Source: Actinomycetota bacterium (GTDB lineage Bacteria > Margulisbacteria > Marinamargulisbacteria > GCA-2716485 > GCA-002719695). From it: DNA of 64,000 nucleotides. The number at the start of each line of letters is the position of its first letter. The first letter of the stretch is position 1. Location of the stretch: contig NZWE01000008.1 of assembly GCA_002697535.1 (NCBI GenBank), positions 5,796 through 69,795 on the forward strand. Direction: 5' to 3'. A program made the position numbers and the translations under genes. Below are positions 49,139 through 60,100 of this stretch, in pieces. Under the pieces are notes generated by a model, which was given only the letters and a program-made list of their open reading frames with translations, ran no database searches and was not told where the DNA came from.

Positions 49139-50326
49139 TTATACTTCCGTACTAATTCGTTTCATATTATTTAAATTAAATGTTGGTAATAATAACTTTT
49201 CGATATTGATGATCTTTTTTAATGATTGCACTTGAGTTACTTCATAATTTAATTCTTCCATAGATTTTTTTAGTTCAGGAACTTCATCTAAAACAAATTT
49301 TTGAGTCAATTCATTACTGCTATAAATCTTATATGCCATTTTTTTATCATTAATTTCAATAATGATCGTTAAGTCCCCTAAATCTGATGTTTCACACTTA
49401 ATCACAATTGTTGTGTTATTAGGATTTACTTTTCTCTTATTCTTAGGATCCTTACTTACCATAACCTCAATATCTTTCAATGCTTTTGCCATAGGATTTG
49501 GAATCATCCAATAATGAAAAAACTCCTCCGAAATTTGTTGATTTGAAGGACTTTTAGATAAAATTAATTGTGTCAATAAAACATCATGAAAGGCTGACGA
49601 ATCTTTTTCAACACTTTTAATTATTTTTTTTAAATTATCGGCTATTAAGTTATTAGATGATGATAACTTTTTATTAATCCCTTTTAAAAAATCTTGTAAA
49701 TATCTTAAATCTTGCACTAAGTCAGATTGCTTGTTGATCAACCCCTTAATATCTAAATTATCAGCATGCTTTTTCATGGTCTTTGTATCTTCTAAAAAGT
49801 CATCTAAAAACCCCGCAACCCCAGCGATCAATGACGGATCTAAAAATGCGCTAAAACCAGGCAATCCATTTTTTAATCCCTGCAACCCCTGAGACAATCT
49901 TGATAAACTTCCTGATAACTGAACATTATGCGATAAAAACTTTGAAATCAAATCCACAGCCTTAGCATTACCATCAAGTCCTTTTGAATAAGCAACGACA
50001 CTTGCCTCCAACTTGTTCCCCTTCTTACTCCCCTTAACCGCCTGCTCTATTAAATCAAAGGCTTCTGGAGATGCTTCGACTCCATACAATAACATAGTTG
50101 TTAAAATCTGCTTATTTTCAGGTGTAACCGCTTTTTGCAAATTTAATAAGGCCTGACTAATATCTTGTGAATTTAATATACGAACATACTCTGGTGTTTT
50201 TTGTAACGGCTGATCAGCACTCTTAATATTTGATTGATCACTATTTATATCCTGAATACTTTTAGGTAACGATTTTGAGTCGGTTGTCTGCTGAGGCTTA
50301 TTAACATCTCCACGTATATTTTGCAT
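49139..50326 (-). CDS. Possible FliK-like protein with divergent C-terminal domain
   Basis: C-terminal TSDLGDLTIIIEINDKKMAYKIYSSNELTQKFVLDEVPELKKSMEELNYEVTQVQ; first gene of the flagellar-type operon beside the FlhB-CTD-like gene. Confidence 0.5.
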   Translation of the reverse strand: MQNIRGDVNKPQQTTDSKSLPKSIQDINSDQSNIKSADQPLQKTPEYVRILNSQDISQALLNLQKAVTPENKQILTTMLLYGVEASPEAFDLIEQAVKGSKKGNKLEASVVAYSKGLDGNAKAVDLISKFLSHNVQLSGSLSRLSQGLQGLKNGLPGFSAFLDPSLIAGVAGFLDDFLEDTKTMKKHADNLDIKGLINKQSDLVQDLRYLQDFLKGINKKLSSSNNLIADNLKKIIKSVEKDSSAFHDVLLTQLILSKSPSNQQISEEFFHYWMIPNPMAKALKDIEVMVSKDPKNKRKVNPNNTTIVIKCETSDLGDLTIIIEINDKKMAYKIYSSNELTQKFVLDEVPELKKSMEELNYEVTQVQSLKKIINIEKLLLPTFNLNNMKRISTEV

Positions 50327-50362
50327 CCAGCTCCCTTTTCTTAACTCAATAAAGCTTGCAAA

Positions 50363-50391
50363 ATTATATCAAAAAGTTTCTTAAATTTGAA
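50363..50391 (-). promoter_or_regulatory. Candidate sigma-70-type promoter for flagellar-type operon
   Basis: Minus strand TTCAAA-N17-TATAAT; first ATG at 50326. Confidence 0.5.
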
Positions 50392-50441
50392 TAGATAGCT
50401 CTTTTGAATTACTTTTTTAAAAGGTGGTAATTTTCATTAAA

Positions 50442-51293
50442 TTAAATAAAAACTTTGCTTTTTTTAAATATTTCCACTACCTTTTCTTGAATAATCAATG
50501 TTTGATCTTGAGACCGTAATGTTAATTCAAACCCACAGGATTCTACCAAAATAATGCCACGTAATGAATTTGTTAGAAACATTTCATCAAATTCTTCCAT
50601 CTCGGTTACCAATACCTCTCTTACATCACAATCATACCCAAACTCATTAGCATTCTTAATCACTAAATCCCTAACCGTGCCTTTTAAAATCACATTAGAA
50701 TCTGGCACAATTAATGTTTTTCCTTTGATAAAAATAATATTAGATCGCGATGTTTCAAGCAAAACTTGGTCTTCATCATATAACACCACATCATCAAAAT
50801 CGTTGCTTAATCGATTTTCTAGCATATTCTTCATCCAAGATAAGGATTTAAATTGATCTAATTGTATTTTTTGAAAGGATTGCTGCCTTAAATCTAATCG
50901 TAATCGCTGATCCAGTTTATATCCTGGCCATTTTCTTAATACACATAAAAAAAATGGCTGCGTAACAATACTTTTAGTAGGATCTTCTGTTCTATTACCT
51001 GGTGTTAAATAGATATTTAAAATACCTTCATCGCTATCATTTTTTTGAATTAATTCTTGAATTGTATTCGTAATCTCCTCATCTGAATAGTCTAAGGGAA
51101 TATCCAGTATAATAGCTCCCGATCGTATCCGATTAATATGCTCTTGCAATAAGATTGGACTTTTATTTTCTACACGTATTGTCTCAAACAATCCATATCC
51201 ATACAAAAATCCATAATCCATGAACGGAAACTCAAGATCTTGTTTTTGTTTAATTGCTAAATTTTCGGAAATATAATTAAAAATGCTGTCCAT
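50442..51293 (-). CDS. Class IV aminotransferase, PabC-like
   Basis: YGYGLFETIRV, LLETSRSNIIFIKGKTLIVPDSNVILKGTVRDLVI, EVLVTEMEEFDEMFLTNSLRGIILV. Confidence 0.85.
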   Translation of the reverse strand: MDSIFNYISENLAIKQKQDLEFPFMDYGFLYGYGLFETIRVENKSPILLQEHINRIRSGAIILDIPLDYSDEEITNTIQELIQKNDSDEGILNIYLTPGNRTEDPTKSIVTQPFFLCVLRKWPGYKLDQRLRLDLRQQSFQKIQLDQFKSLSWMKNMLENRLSNDFDDVVLYDEDQVLLETSRSNIIFIKGKTLIVPDSNVILKGTVRDLVIKNANEFGYDCDVREVLVTEMEEFDEMFLTNSLRGIILVESCGFELTLRSQDQTLIIQEKVVEIFKKSKVFI

Positions 51294-51320
51294 ATAATTA
51301 TAAGTGTAATCAATAACCCC

Positions 51321-52679
51321 TTACTTCGACAAGTACCGCCTTCCCTCTGACTGCATCAAACTTTCCAACATACCTTTCGCTTTTATCTTACATTCATGCC
51401 ACTCAACAGCTACATCTGAATCAGCAACAATCCCTCCCCCCGTATGAAAAAACAAAGTATTTTTCTTGGAATACAAGGTTCGTATGGCAATATTAAACGT
51501 CATATTTCCATTTCCAGATATATATCCTATACATCCCGTATATGGCCCTCTCTCACTTAATTCACATTCTTGAATAATTTCCATAGCTCTTTTCTTTGGT
51601 GCGCCTGTAATAGACCCACCTGGGAATAAGGCTTTCATAATCGTAGAAAAACTAACGTTTTCTTTCAAACACCCCTCTATTGTTGCTACCCCATGATGCA
51701 CATATTGATAGGATTCAATATCTCGTAACTGCTTTACTTTAACCGTATCTGTTTGACAAATTTTATTTAAATCATTTCTTTCTAAATCAACTATCATTAA
51801 CAACTCAGCTTTATCTTTAGCAGATTGACTCAATACTTTTTTTTGATACTGATCCTCTTCCTGATTATTGCCTCGCTTAATTGTTCCTTTTATAGGTTTT
51901 GTTACAATATCATCGCCTACCTTGGTAAAAAACAATTCTGGAGAAGAACTTAATACACTGTAATCGTCATAGTTTATATAGGCACTATAGGGAGCGGGTG
52001 AAACTTTTCTTAATGTTTGATAAACCATACTTAAATCTCCCTCAAATTCTACCGAATAAGGCATGGATAGATTTACTTGATATACATCTCCCTGCCTAAT
52101 ATAGGCTAATACTTGTTTAATTGCTTTTTTATATACATCATTATCTGGCTCGATGACAGCTGACTTGATCTCAAACTCTTTTTCTTCATACTGCAACGTA
52201 TCTAATATTGACTGAAATGTTACATGATCACGGCCATATAATTTACTAGATATAAAGTATGCCTGTTTAACTTGATGATCAATGATAATATAACGATCAT
52301 AAATCCCTCCCAATACTTCTGGATACCACCCTCTGTTTAACCACTTAAAATCATCTAAATATCTAGCGGATTCATATGTAAACATCCCAATAAAACCCGA
52401 TGAAAACCCTTGCTTATCACACGCTTCATCTTCAACAACATACGACTGAATAACATCATAAATATTCTTATGATCATGACATACTGTCTTTTCTTTTGAT
52501 TTTACTACAACCTGACTTTCGTCACTTAAAAAAATATACCTAGGATCTACCCCTATGACTGACTGCTCCAATTCTCCTTCTTGGACACTATTACAATCTA
52601 AAAAGGCTGTCTCTTTTTTTCTCAACAAAGCATTTAATAAGGCCTCTGTTACCGTTATTGGCTCTGATACAAACATCAC
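51321..52679 (-). CDS. pabB: Para-aminobenzoate synthase component I PabB-like
   Basis: KPIKGTIKRG, AELLMIVDLERNDLNKIC, LFPGGSITGAPKKRAMEII, IAIRTL, HTGGGIVADSD. Confidence 0.88.
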   Translation of the reverse strand: MMFVSEPITVTEALLNALLRKKETAFLDCNSVQEGELEQSVIGVDPRYIFLSDESQVVVKSKEKTVCHDHKNIYDVIQSYVVEDEACDKQGFSSGFIGMFTYESARYLDDFKWLNRGWYPEVLGGIYDRYIIIDHQVKQAYFISSKLYGRDHVTFQSILDTLQYEEKEFEIKSAVIEPDNDVYKKAIKQVLAYIRQGDVYQVNLSMPYSVEFEGDLSMVYQTLRKVSPAPYSAYINYDDYSVLSSSPELFFTKVGDDIVTKPIKGTIKRGNNQEEDQYQKKVLSQSAKDKAELLMIVDLERNDLNKICQTDTVKVKQLRDIESYQYVHHGVATIEGCLKENVSFSTIMKALFPGGSITGAPKKRAMEIIQECELSERGPYTGCIGYISGNGNMTFNIAIRTLYSKKNTLFFHTGGGIVADSDVAVEWHECKIKAKGMLESLMQSEGRRYLSK

Positions 52680-52682
52680 TAA

Positions 52683-54476
52683 CTAGTCACTTGCTTTTAA
52701 TACGCTCAAAAAAGCCTCTTTTGGGATCTGAACACTACCAATTTGTTTCATTTTTTTCTTACCAGCTTTTTGCTTTTCTAATAATTTTCTCTTTCTTGAA
52801 ATATCGCCCCCATAACATTTTGCTGTTACATTTTTTCGCATCGCTTTAATTGTTTCTCGTGAAATCACTTTTGCACCGATTGATCCCTGTACCGCCACTT
52901 CAAACATTTGTCTGGGAATAATATCTTTTAATTTTATCGCTAAATTACGTGCTAAAGGACTTGCCTTTTTTCGATGCGCAATAAAGGATAAGGCATCGAC
53001 AATATCACCATTAATCAACATATCTACTTTTACCAAATCAGCTGGTTTATGATCCTTATACCAATAGTCCATACTGGCATATCCTTTGGTTCGTGACTTT
53101 AATTTATCAAAAAATTGCGTTATGAGTTCATTTAAAGGGATTTCAAATGTTAATACCTGTCTATTACTATCAATAATCTCTGAATTTTCAAACTCACCTC
53201 GTGACTCTTTAACCAACTCGATAATAACACTTATGTACTCATTAGGAGCAATGATCGATAATCCCATACAGGGTTCAAAAATAGTATCAATATGCGTTAC
53301 TTCAGGGTATTGATTTGGGTTCTCCATCTCAAATGCGTCACCATTGTTTAACGCAACCTTATAAGTCACATTTGGCGCGGTTACAACAATCTCGATATTA
53401 AATTCTCGCTGAATACGCTCTTGAATTATCTCCATATGCAACAACCCCAAAAATCCACACCGATACCCAAATCCTAAAGCTTGTGATGATTCAGTTTCAA
53501 AGGTCAACGAAGCATCATTTAACTGTAATTTTTCCAACGCTTCACCTAACATCTTATACTCATCGGTATCTACAGGATACAAGCCACAAAATACCATAGG
53601 CTTGGCAATCTGATACCCTTCCAAAGCTTCTTCAATCGGATTATCCTCTTCTGTTATCGTATCTCCAACACGAGCATCTTTGATCGATTTTAAGCCTGTA
53701 ATAATATAACCAACCCCTCCCCTATGAATGGATTCGGCTGGTGTCATATTAGGTTTAAAATAACCACACTCTAAAATATCTACTTTTTTCTTCGATGCCA
53801 TAAGCCGTATCTTTTGTCCTTTTTTAATTGAACCATCAAACACACGCACATAATTAATAACACCACGATAATCATCATAACTAGCATCATAAATTAAGGC
53901 TTTTAATTGATCACTTCCACTCTCTTTCGGTCTTGGAATTTTAGCAATCACAGCCTCTAAAATTTCTTCTATACCCTGCCCTGTTTTGGCACTACATAAC
54001 AAACATTCCTCTTTTGGAATCCCAAATGACTGCTCAATTTCAGCTAAAATACGATCCGGATCTGCTGCTGGCAAGTCAATTTTATTTACTACCGGAATTA
54101 TCTCTAAATCATGTTCTAGTGCTAAATAAAAATTAGCCATACTTTGAGCCTCAATTCCCTGCGCGGCATCAACAAGCAACAACGCCCCTTCGCAGGCAGC
54201 GAGAGATCGCGATACTTCATAACTAAAATCGACATGACCTGGCGTATCAATTAAATTTAAAACATAATCATTACCATCTTTAGCCTGGTAATCCATTCTT
54301 ACCGCTTGCATTTTAATGGTAATTCCACGCTCTCTTTCAATATCCATGGAATCTAATAATTGATCCCTCATATCACGATCTGCCACCGTCTTGGTAGCTT
54401 GAATAAGCCGATCTGATAAGGTGGATTTACCATGATCAATATGTGCAATAATACAAAAGTTTCGATTTTGTTTCAT
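52683..54476 (-). CDS. lepA: Elongation factor 4 LepA
   Basis: IAHIDHGKSTLSDR, DTPGHVDFSYEVSRSLAACEGALLLVDAAQGIEAQ, C-terminal CYGGDISRKRKLLEKQKAGKKKMK. Confidence 0.97.
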   Translation of the reverse strand: MKQNRNFCIIAHIDHGKSTLSDRLIQATKTVADRDMRDQLLDSMDIERERGITIKMQAVRMDYQAKDGNDYVLNLIDTPGHVDFSYEVSRSLAACEGALLLVDAAQGIEAQSMANFYLALEHDLEIIPVVNKIDLPAADPDRILAEIEQSFGIPKEECLLCSAKTGQGIEEILEAVIAKIPRPKESGSDQLKALIYDASYDDYRGVINYVRVFDGSIKKGQKIRLMASKKKVDILECGYFKPNMTPAESIHRGGVGYIITGLKSIKDARVGDTITEEDNPIEEALEGYQIAKPMVFCGLYPVDTDEYKMLGEALEKLQLNDASLTFETESSQALGFGYRCGFLGLLHMEIIQERIQREFNIEIVVTAPNVTYKVALNNGDAFEMENPNQYPEVTHIDTIFEPCMGLSIIAPNEYISVIIELVKESRGEFENSEIIDSNRQVLTFEIPLNELITQFFDKLKSRTKGYASMDYWYKDHKPADLVKVDMLINGDIVDALSFIAHRKKASPLARNLAIKLKDIIPRQMFEVAVQGSIGAKVISRETIKAMRKNVTAKCYGGDISRKRKLLEKQKAGKKKMKQIGSVQIPKEAFLSVLKASD

Positions 54477-54716
54477 TCTGCCTGATAGGATAGCATATTT
54501 GCACTATCTCATCATAGATCTTACTAGAACTAGTATTCTATTTTGATATAGCTTACTCTTAATCAACTTCCATTTATCAATACTTTTCATGCATATGGAT
54601 AAGTACCAATCGATCGGTAAAAACAACTTATTTTGTGACTTAATTTTTGTCTTGATTTTTTAATAATATATAAATTGCAAGTTTATAGTTAAAACGGTAT
54701 TATTTTTGGAAATCTT

Positions 54717-55712
54717 ATGAGCCATTCATTATTACCTATCTTAACTCAATTACAATCGTTATCATCGTTACGTATTCTTGTGGTAGGCGATATTATGCTT
54801 GATGAATTTCATTGGTGCCATGTGAATCGAATCTCTCCAGAAGCGCCTGTCCCTGTTTGTAATATCCAAAATACAACACTTGCTCCTGGAGGTGCCGCTA
54901 ATGTAGCTGCGAATTTAGCCTCGTTAAATGTCGCTGTTGATTTAGTTGGCTTCTTGGGATCTGATAGCTCCGGTGATAAGCTTATCAAAACGCTTCATGA
55001 TCATCATATTAATACTGATAATCTCATCAAAACTAATCAACCCACGATCTTAAAATCGAGAGTTATTGCTCATCAACAACATGTTGCACGTATTGATCGT
55101 GATCCCCCTAGTCATTACTCAGATCATGATTCTCAAAGTTTACTCAAACAGATTCAACATTCTATCAAAGACTATGATGCAGTTATTATTTCGGATTATT
55201 TAAAAGGCTTATTAACGCCAGCTATAACACAAGCGATTATTCAATCTGCTAAAGAAGCAGGATGCCTTGTTGTTGTTGATCCAAAAGGTGATTCTTATGA
55301 TAAATATCAAAATAGTGACTACCTTACCCCTAATTATAAAGAATTTTGCCTTGCTACTAAATCATCCTACACCAATGATGATCAGATTAAAGCTGCAGCG
55401 CAGTCTCTTCGTGACCAACTTAAGCTGGATACTTTAATTATTACTCGTAGTGAAAAAGGAATGAGTATTGTTACATCCGATTCATTTGATACAATTCCTA
55501 CTCAAGCTCAAGAAGTTTTCGATATTACGGGTGCTGGGGATACAGCGATTGCTTGCTTGGCCATAGGTTTATGCTTAAATCTTTCGGCACACAATGCAGC
55601 AACATTAGCCAACTATGCAGCTGGGATTGTTGTTAGTAAAGTTGGAACGGCCTTTGTAACCCCTGATGAGCTATGCTCGGTTATTAATCATGACTCAGCT
55701 ACAAAATCCTAA
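54717..55712 (+). CDS. D-glycero-beta-D-manno-heptose-7-phosphate kinase (RfaE1/HldE N-domain)
   Basis: GDIMLDEFHWCHVNRISPEAPVPV, GGAANVAANLA, VFDITGAGDTAIACLA. Confidence 0.88.
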   Translation: MSHSLLPILTQLQSLSSLRILVVGDIMLDEFHWCHVNRISPEAPVPVCNIQNTTLAPGGAANVAANLASLNVAVDLVGFLGSDSSGDKLIKTLHDHHINTDNLIKTNQPTILKSRVIAHQQHVARIDRDPPSHYSDHDSQSLLKQIQHSIKDYDAVIISDYLKGLLTPAITQAIIQSAKEAGCLVVVDPKGDSYDKYQNSDYLTPNYKEFCLATKSSYTNDDQIKAAAQSLRDQLKLDTLIITRSEKGMSIVTSDSFDTIPTQAQEVFDITGAGDTAIACLAIGLCLNLSAHNAATLANYAAGIVVSKVGTAFVTPDELCSVINHDSATKS

Positions 55713-56175
55713 ATTAATTAGCTCTAATAAGAGTTTAGATCAGGCTAACTCTATCCGTGCTAACAACAAGTCTATTGTCTTTACTAATGGCTGTTTTGAT
55801 GTTTTACATGCAGGGCATGCTTATTATTTAGCAGCAGCTAAAGCACATGGAGATTATCTATGGATTGGTCTTAATTCAGATTCCTCGGTATCTACGCTAA
55901 AAGGTTCTTCACGCCCTATCCATGATCAAGAAGCAAGAGCCTTTCTTTTATCTAACCTAGAATGTGTTGATTATATTACCATCTTTGATGAAGAAACCCC
56001 GATTTCATTACTGAGTCAAATTCAGCCTAATATTCATATTAAGGGAGGCGATTATACTAAAGAAGAGCTTCCTGAATACCCTGTTGTTAAAGAGTATGGG
56101 GGAGACGTCATTATCAAACCATTTTTACCAGGCTATTCAACAACAGCTATTTTAGCTAAACTACAATCCTCATGA
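55690..56175 (+). CDS. Heptose-1-phosphate adenylyltransferase (RfaE2/HldE C-domain)
   Basis: VFTNGCFDVLHAGHAYYL, GLNSDSSVSTLKGSSRPI; kinase domain gene upstream; start likely internal. Confidence 0.88.
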   Translation: MTQLQNPKLISSNKSLDQANSIRANNKSIVFTNGCFDVLHAGHAYYLAAAKAHGDYLWIGLNSDSSVSTLKGSSRPIHDQEARAFLLSNLECVDYITIFDEETPISLLSQIQPNIHIKGGDYTKEELPEYPVVKEYGGDVIIKPFLPGYSTTAILAKLQSS

Positions 56176-56870
56176 GTATTCAGATTATTACGAAACGAGT
56201 TAGTCACTTTGAGCAAAATGCTCGTCTTATCATTGATACAAACACAAACCAGTCGATGCTAGTTGATCCAGGGGCTGATGCAGAGATATTATTTAATCTT
56301 CTTGGTGATTCAACGCTTACAACAATTTTTTTAACTCATTGCCACATTGACCATGCAGGAGGTGTACAAGCGTTACTTTCTTTAATTGAGCATCATAAGC
56401 TTCCAAAACCAACGTTGTTATATCATTCCAATGAAATTATTATTGGAGAACATATTGACGTATTTGCAACTCAATATGGCTTTTCAGCTGCTGATTATCA
56501 AAACCCTCCTAAACCTGATCAATTAGCCGATGATCTTACAGAACTTACGTTAGGTTCATCAACGTTTAAGATTTTATTTACACCAGGACATGCCCCTGGA
56601 CATTTAGCCCTTTATTATGATCAGGATGATTTTAGTTTATCGGGAGATTATCCAGAAACATTACACTGTAATCGTTTATTAATTGCGGGTGACACCCTTT
56701 TTCAAGGATCAATTGGCCGAACTGATTTACCGATGGCTAATCATGATCAATTAATTGATAGTATTAAAACACAATTATTAACACTGCCTGAAACAACGTT
56801 GGTGTGTCCAGGACATGGTGCTAACACTACGATTGCAACAGAATCTCAGACCAATCCTTTTTTACATTAA
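56172..56870 (+). CDS. MBL-fold metallo-hydrolase
   Basis: THCHIDHAGG, FTPGHAPGHLALY, AGDTLFQGSIGRTDL, CPGHG. Confidence 0.9.
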   Translation: MSIQIITKRVSHFEQNARLIIDTNTNQSMLVDPGADAEILFNLLGDSTLTTIFLTHCHIDHAGGVQALLSLIEHHKLPKPTLLYHSNEIIIGEHIDVFATQYGFSAADYQNPPKPDQLADDLTELTLGSSTFKILFTPGHAPGHLALYYDQDDFSLSGDYPETLHCNRLLIAGDTLFQGSIGRTDLPMANHDQLIDSIKTQLLTLPETTLVCPGHGANTTIATESQTNPFLH

Positions 56871-56979
56871 TTCCCTATAACAATAATCATCACAATTTAG
56901 CGTAGATTATCATAACGAAATATTTTTAAGCATAACTTAAAGATCTTAAATCATCACTTTTTGTGTTTAGATCTTAATC

Positions 56980-57123
56980 TTATTCATCAACTTATCTTTC
57001 TTTGTAAAAGATATTTTTGTCTGCTTATTTTTAAAATCCTCTAGATTATTTATTTAAAAACATACATAATGACACTTTATTTATTAAAAATTTATATAAA
57101 AAAATAATAAACATCCATTCAAT
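56980..57123 (+). repeat. Leader copy A, upstream of the 1188-aa ORF
   Basis: Core ctctagattatttatttaaaaacatacataatgacactttatttattaaaaatttatataaaaaaataataaacatccattcaat; similar to 60778..60926. Confidence 0.75.
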
Positions 57124-60100
57124 ATGTTCCATCGACTAACCCCTCCTTCATCACCAACGCCTCCCTCATCACGATCACCAACCCCAACAACAACTCCTCG
57201 AGTATCACGACCAACAAGCCCAAATCCGACTTCTCCACCAGCACAACTACCACCCCCCCTTCCAAATCCATTACCAGATCAGCAATCAACGTCAATAAAC
57301 CATCCTGCTAAACCAACTAAAAAAGCTTTAGAAGAAACACGTGATACTGAGCTGCTCGATATTAATGAAAAAATACAAATCTGTCTTAACTTGATACCTA
57401 ATAGGTGTGAGGAGGATATTTTGTATATCAACAAGCATGGCCTTAGTTACTGCCAATCTAATAAAGATGAACTTGATAAACTTACACCAGAGGACTTATT
57501 ATTTGATTTTCTTTTCCAAAGACGTAACCACATGCTGAAAACACTCTTAACCTATAAGGACTATAAAACCTGCGAAGACCATTTTAATATGGCTATTTTA
57601 AAACTTAAACAGCAGGAATTTGATCATAAAATTTTTAATCAAGAAATATCTACTATTTTTAATATTCATTATGATATTTATAACAAATATAAATCTACTG
57701 CTTATATCCGAAAATTATTCGAGCGATTACTAGAGGCTGTTAACGTACACAAAAATGAATGGGATAGTCTATTTATAACTGTAGAAAAAAAATTTTTTTT
57801 GACAGAGACTCTAAAATTGAATTTTAAAGAGTTTTTTTCTTTAGACTACCTATCTCGGTTTTCTAACGACTCGCCTGATTTCAACCCATTTCCTCCTGAT
57901 TCATCTAAATTTATGCCTCTTAACTTAATCCATGTTTTGTTTTGTTTATCTCTAAATTTACGCCCCCTTCTAGTAGAATCACCAAAGGAAGATACTGCAA
58001 TACCGTTTCGTACAATTATTCCTCGTGCCATTAATCCTGATATAAACTTAGCTCAATATTTGGAGGATGATAAAACATATATTATGGTACAAGCACGTGC
58101 ACGAACAAACCTTGATTCGAAAATAGCTTTTCTCAAAAACCTCAATCAATTTACTGAAGAACTATTACAGCATTTGACTTACAAAGCATTATCAACAGAT
58201 CTCATCGGCACAGCATCTGAACAGTTTCATATAAAAATACTTTCCATCTTCTCTGAACAGATTGAACACTCTTTTTACTCATGGCTATCTTCATTTGCTT
58301 ATGAAGTCTCTAATAACGCTGAATATAGTAAAGATCTTCAACACGTTAAAGCACTTATACCTCACTCATTTAACAGACTTAAAAAGGAATTAGAGATTTT
58401 TGATCTTATGGATTTCTTACGTAACTATCGAGATCATGAAGAAATAATTTCACGCTATACAGAATTGCTAGGATATCCGTTCAAATCTCTAGATAATATT
58501 GAAACTTATCTACATTGCTTAGACGTAGATACTAACTCTAATTTTCAACTTATTATAACCCTTCATGATGTTACGTCCTTCTATTTTGATAAACCTCGAG
58601 GTTCAATAACATTTTTCTTAGATTATATTGTAACATTTATTGATTCTGCTACGACTTTTGAAGTATTTCAGGGTCGCCTTAATCAACTTCAACACCCTAA
58701 GTACAAACTTACACAAGACAATCTAGCTGAATTTCATGGTCTCAAACAAGACTTATTACAACGTATTGATGACACTTCTGATCCTAAGGAAAATAATACT
58801 AAGGAAGCTAAATCTTATATCAAAAGTTTGCAAGAATTTGGCATTTTTACGTTTGAATTAGAAAGCGATGTACAAGAACCCAACTCTAAAACTACCTTTC
58901 TTAAACAACTGACTATATTTTATGAAACCAAAAAAACACTTTTAGAAAAATACAAGAATCATCATGATATCAAATTATGTCAATTTTTAACCCAATCTCT
59001 TGATGACTTGAACAATTTAGATCAAATAATTCAAAATCAAAACGATCTTTTACGAGAAGAAGCAGCAGAATCTTCTAATACACATCAACAGAAGAAAAGA
59101 CCTAAAAAAAAGAATCACTCTAAACCCAAATCCCCCAAAACAGATGTACCTAAATTAACACCACCTTCATCTTTAATATCAGAACGGGACACTATAACGA
59201 CAAATTGGAAAAAAGCTAAAGAACAGTTACAAACAATTGCGAAAAAGAATGATTCCTTATTACAATTAGAATCTTTTGGTAATATTTTTGCTAAGATTCA
59301 ACATTTAAAGAAAGATGATTTAAAATCACAAGGTATTGACCCTCAGGTTCTACAAGAAGAAACAGAAAAAATTAACGCGCTCTCTAATGAATTTGACTTA
59401 GCTATTAATAAACATCTGTATACCGAGTTTTATAACCAGCTAAACCAATTTATTTCATCATTTTCGAGCCCTTACTTTAAGCCGACTGTTATTGTTAACC
59501 AATTACTACTTGATGATACTATTTACAATCCCCCAAAAATGATTTCGGATCTAGCAAAAACCCCTGAATCTCAAAAAGAAATAAAAATATGTATGACCAT
59601 CCTTAATCCTCTTTCTGCTAAAACTAAGATAATACTTCCCTTACTGACCCAGTATTATGAATCTTATACTATGATGAAAGATAGTAAACTCAACTTAGTC
59701 ACAAAAGGCTTTAAGGAATCGGAAATCGACACCTATATTTCACAGTCATTTAATTCTGACTTAACCTCCCCTGATCTCAATCAGGATCTTTTAATTAAAA
59801 ATACGCAACTACTAGGTTCTATTAATTCTCACTTTCAAAAGATTTGTGAGTATTTTGATTCTAATCAAAAAATTTATGCTCAACTTAACAATAACATTAG
59901 TAGGCTTTCAAGCTTAAACTTTGATGGCAAGGCCATTGCTAACACATTGTGTCACTCATTAGACCCTTCACAATCCCTTTCAGATTTAGACCCATCATCA
60001 CTAAATGGGATTGATTTGTTCTTAAATAGCGAACAATTATTAAAAAAAACATCCCTATTAACTCAGCTTAATAGTAAACTTGATAACGACGTTGCGCTTT

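Noticed and set aside
54717-56175. Split rfaE1/rfaE2 considered as a frameshifted bifunctional hldE
   Set aside because: Separate kinase and adenylyltransferase genes are known in many bacteria and the overlap looks like a normal operon junction.
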